NCBI RefSeq assembly: GCF_004010195.1
Contig: NC_057720.1
Span: 12,854,051-12,918,050 of the forward strand
Length of the DNA: 64,000 nucleotides
Reading direction: 5' to 3'
Source: Chiloscyllium plagiosum
Lineage: Eukaryota
Shown here: positions 62,255-64,000 of the stretch, in pieces
Numbering within the stretch: the first letter of the stretch is position 1
Layout: every line of letters begins with the position of its first letter
Notes under the pieces: generated by a model
The model's database searches: none
Seen by the model: the letters and a program-made list of their open reading frames with translations, nothing else
Told to the model about the DNA's origin: nothing
Position numbers and translations under genes: made by a program

Positions 62255-63890
62255 ATGAGGGAGTCACGGAGGGAATGGTCTGTGTGGAATGTAGATAGGG
62301 TGGGTTCTGATTGTAGGTAGTGGAAATGGTGGAGGATAATGCGCTGTGTCCAGATATTAGTGGAGTGGAAGGTGAGGACCAGGGTATTCTATCCTTGTTG
62401 CAGCTGGAGAGTGGGGTTCAAGAGCGGAGGTGGGGAATGGGGAATAGGCAATGGGGGTGGTGGTTGGGAAGAGGTCTAATCCAGGTATCTGTGGGAGTTG
62501 ATGGGTTTGAAATAGATGTGTGTTGTGTCAGTCATCAGAGATGGTGATGGAGATGGAGAGGCCCATTAAGGGGAAGGAGGTGTCCAAGATGGTCCAGATG
62601 AACTTAAAGTTAGGGTGGAAGGTGTTAGTGAGGTTGATCAACTGTTCCACCACCTCCTTGGGAGCACAAGGTGGTGCTGATATAGTCACTAATGTAGCAG
62701 AGGAAGAGATGGAGGATTGTGCCAGTGTAACTGTGGAAGATGGACTGTTCCACTTAACGAAGAGGCAGGCATAGCTGGGGCCTATGTAGATGCCCATGGC
62801 TACCCCTTTGCTCTGAAGGAAGTGGGAGGATTTGAAGGAGAAGTTATTGAGGGTGAGGACTAGTTTGGCCAATTGAATGAGTGTGTAGGTGGAGGGGCAC
62901 TAGTTGGGTCGGCAGGAGTGGAAGAAATGGAGGGCTTGGAGGCCTTCACCATGCTAGATGGATGTGTACAGGGATGGGATGTCCATGATAAAGATGAGGC
63001 ATTGGGGCAGGGAAACGAACCTCGTGGAGGGAGGGTGATGGTGTCCCGAATATATGTGGGGATCCCTGGAGCAAAGGGGACAGGATGGTGCCAAGATGTG
63101 AGGAGATAAGTTCAGTGGGGCAGGAGCAGGCAGAGACAATAGGTCGACCGAGGTATCCACAGTCAGGTTTGTGAATTTTGGATAAGAGTTAGAATCGGGC
63201 AATGTGGGGTTGCGGAATAATGAGGTTCAAGGCTGTGGATGGGAAATCCCCTCAGGCAATGACACTGTGGATGGTCTGGGAGGTGAGGTCATGGTCGAGG
63301 GGGCAGTAGGAGGAGGTATCTGAGTTAGCACCTGGCTTCAGCGGTGTAGGGATCGGTGCCCCAAACTACCACTGCGCACCCCCTTGTCCACTGGTTTAAT
63401 GGTGAGGTTGGGGTTGGAGTGGAGGGAGTGGAGCGCTGTGCTTTATGAAGGTGAGAGGTTGGAAGAGTAGGTGAGAGTGGTGGGCAGGCTGAGGCGGTCA
63501 GTACCATGGTGGCAGTTGGAGATGAAGAGATCGAGGGCAGGTTAGAGACCAGGATGGGGTATCCAAGAGGATGGAGTATGTTTGAGGCAGGAGAAGGGTT
63601 CTCAGAATGGGGTGGGAGCCATGATTGAAAGCATAGAAGCAGCAGAAGAAAAGTGCTATGTTGCAATGCAATGAAATTCGTTGACCCGGGAGCATAGTGC
63701 TATGAAGGTGAGACCTTTACTGTGGAGTGATCGTTTATCCTCAGTGAGGGGGAGATCCAGGGTGATGGTAAAAAGTCGGCAGGGCTGGGGGCTGGGGCCT
63801 GATGTAGACCTGGAGTTGGGAGTTGGGGTGGAGACTGTATCTGGAGTGGGGGTGGGGGGTGACATGGTCAGCGGAACTTCAGTGAGCACA
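62255..63890 (-). mobile_element. Degenerate Penelope-like element (first family), N-terminal region and RT
   Basis: LVLTLNNFSF.SSHFLQSKGVAMG...GPSYACLF; MDIPSLYTSI; LTEDKRSLHSKGLTF. Confidence 0.85.
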
Positions 63891-63894
63891 TGTG

Positions 63895-64000
63895 GGGGTG
63901 GCACAGTGGCCCACTGGTTCGCACTGCTGCCTCACAGTATCAGTGACCCGGGTTCGATTCCAGCCTTGGGGGTGACTATCTGTGGTGAGTTTGCACTTTC
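63895..64000 (+). mobile_element. HE1-type SINE 5' end, cut by the window edge
   Basis: ggcacagtggcccactggttcgcactgctgcctcacag...gggttcgattcc. Confidence 0.8.

Overview
Repeat-rich vertebrate genomic DNA, almost certainly from a shark or other elasmobranch (HE1-type V-SINEs, abundant CR1 LINEs, Penelope-like elements), with six assembly gaps. One host gene runs on the + strand from 21995 to 56543. It is a CLCA-family gene (calcium-activated chloride channel regulator; HExxH zinc metalloprotease + Cys-rich + vWA + beta/FnIII + C-terminal TM). I resolved 11 GT-AG exons, equivalent to canonical exons 3-12 and 14. As assembled the gene looks disabled: exon 7 has a frameshifting deletion (about 16 nt) followed by a stop, no exon 13 is visible in a gap-free intron, exon 14 has a +1 C at its start, and the MIDAS Thr is replaced by Lys. 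Exons 1-2 were not found. The rest is nested CR1 LINEs (some with ORF1 esterase), an older LINE/SINE pair, Gypsy LTR and integrase relics, and at least two Penelope-like families. The most notable non-gene signal is a set of 120-290 bp Penelope-derived mini-insertions with 9-15 bp TSDs. They carry minimal hammerhead ribozymes, often fold back on themselves, and break at the ribozyme boundary. Repeat boundaries are approximate (read by eye). Exon boundaries were checked base by base. No database searches were run.
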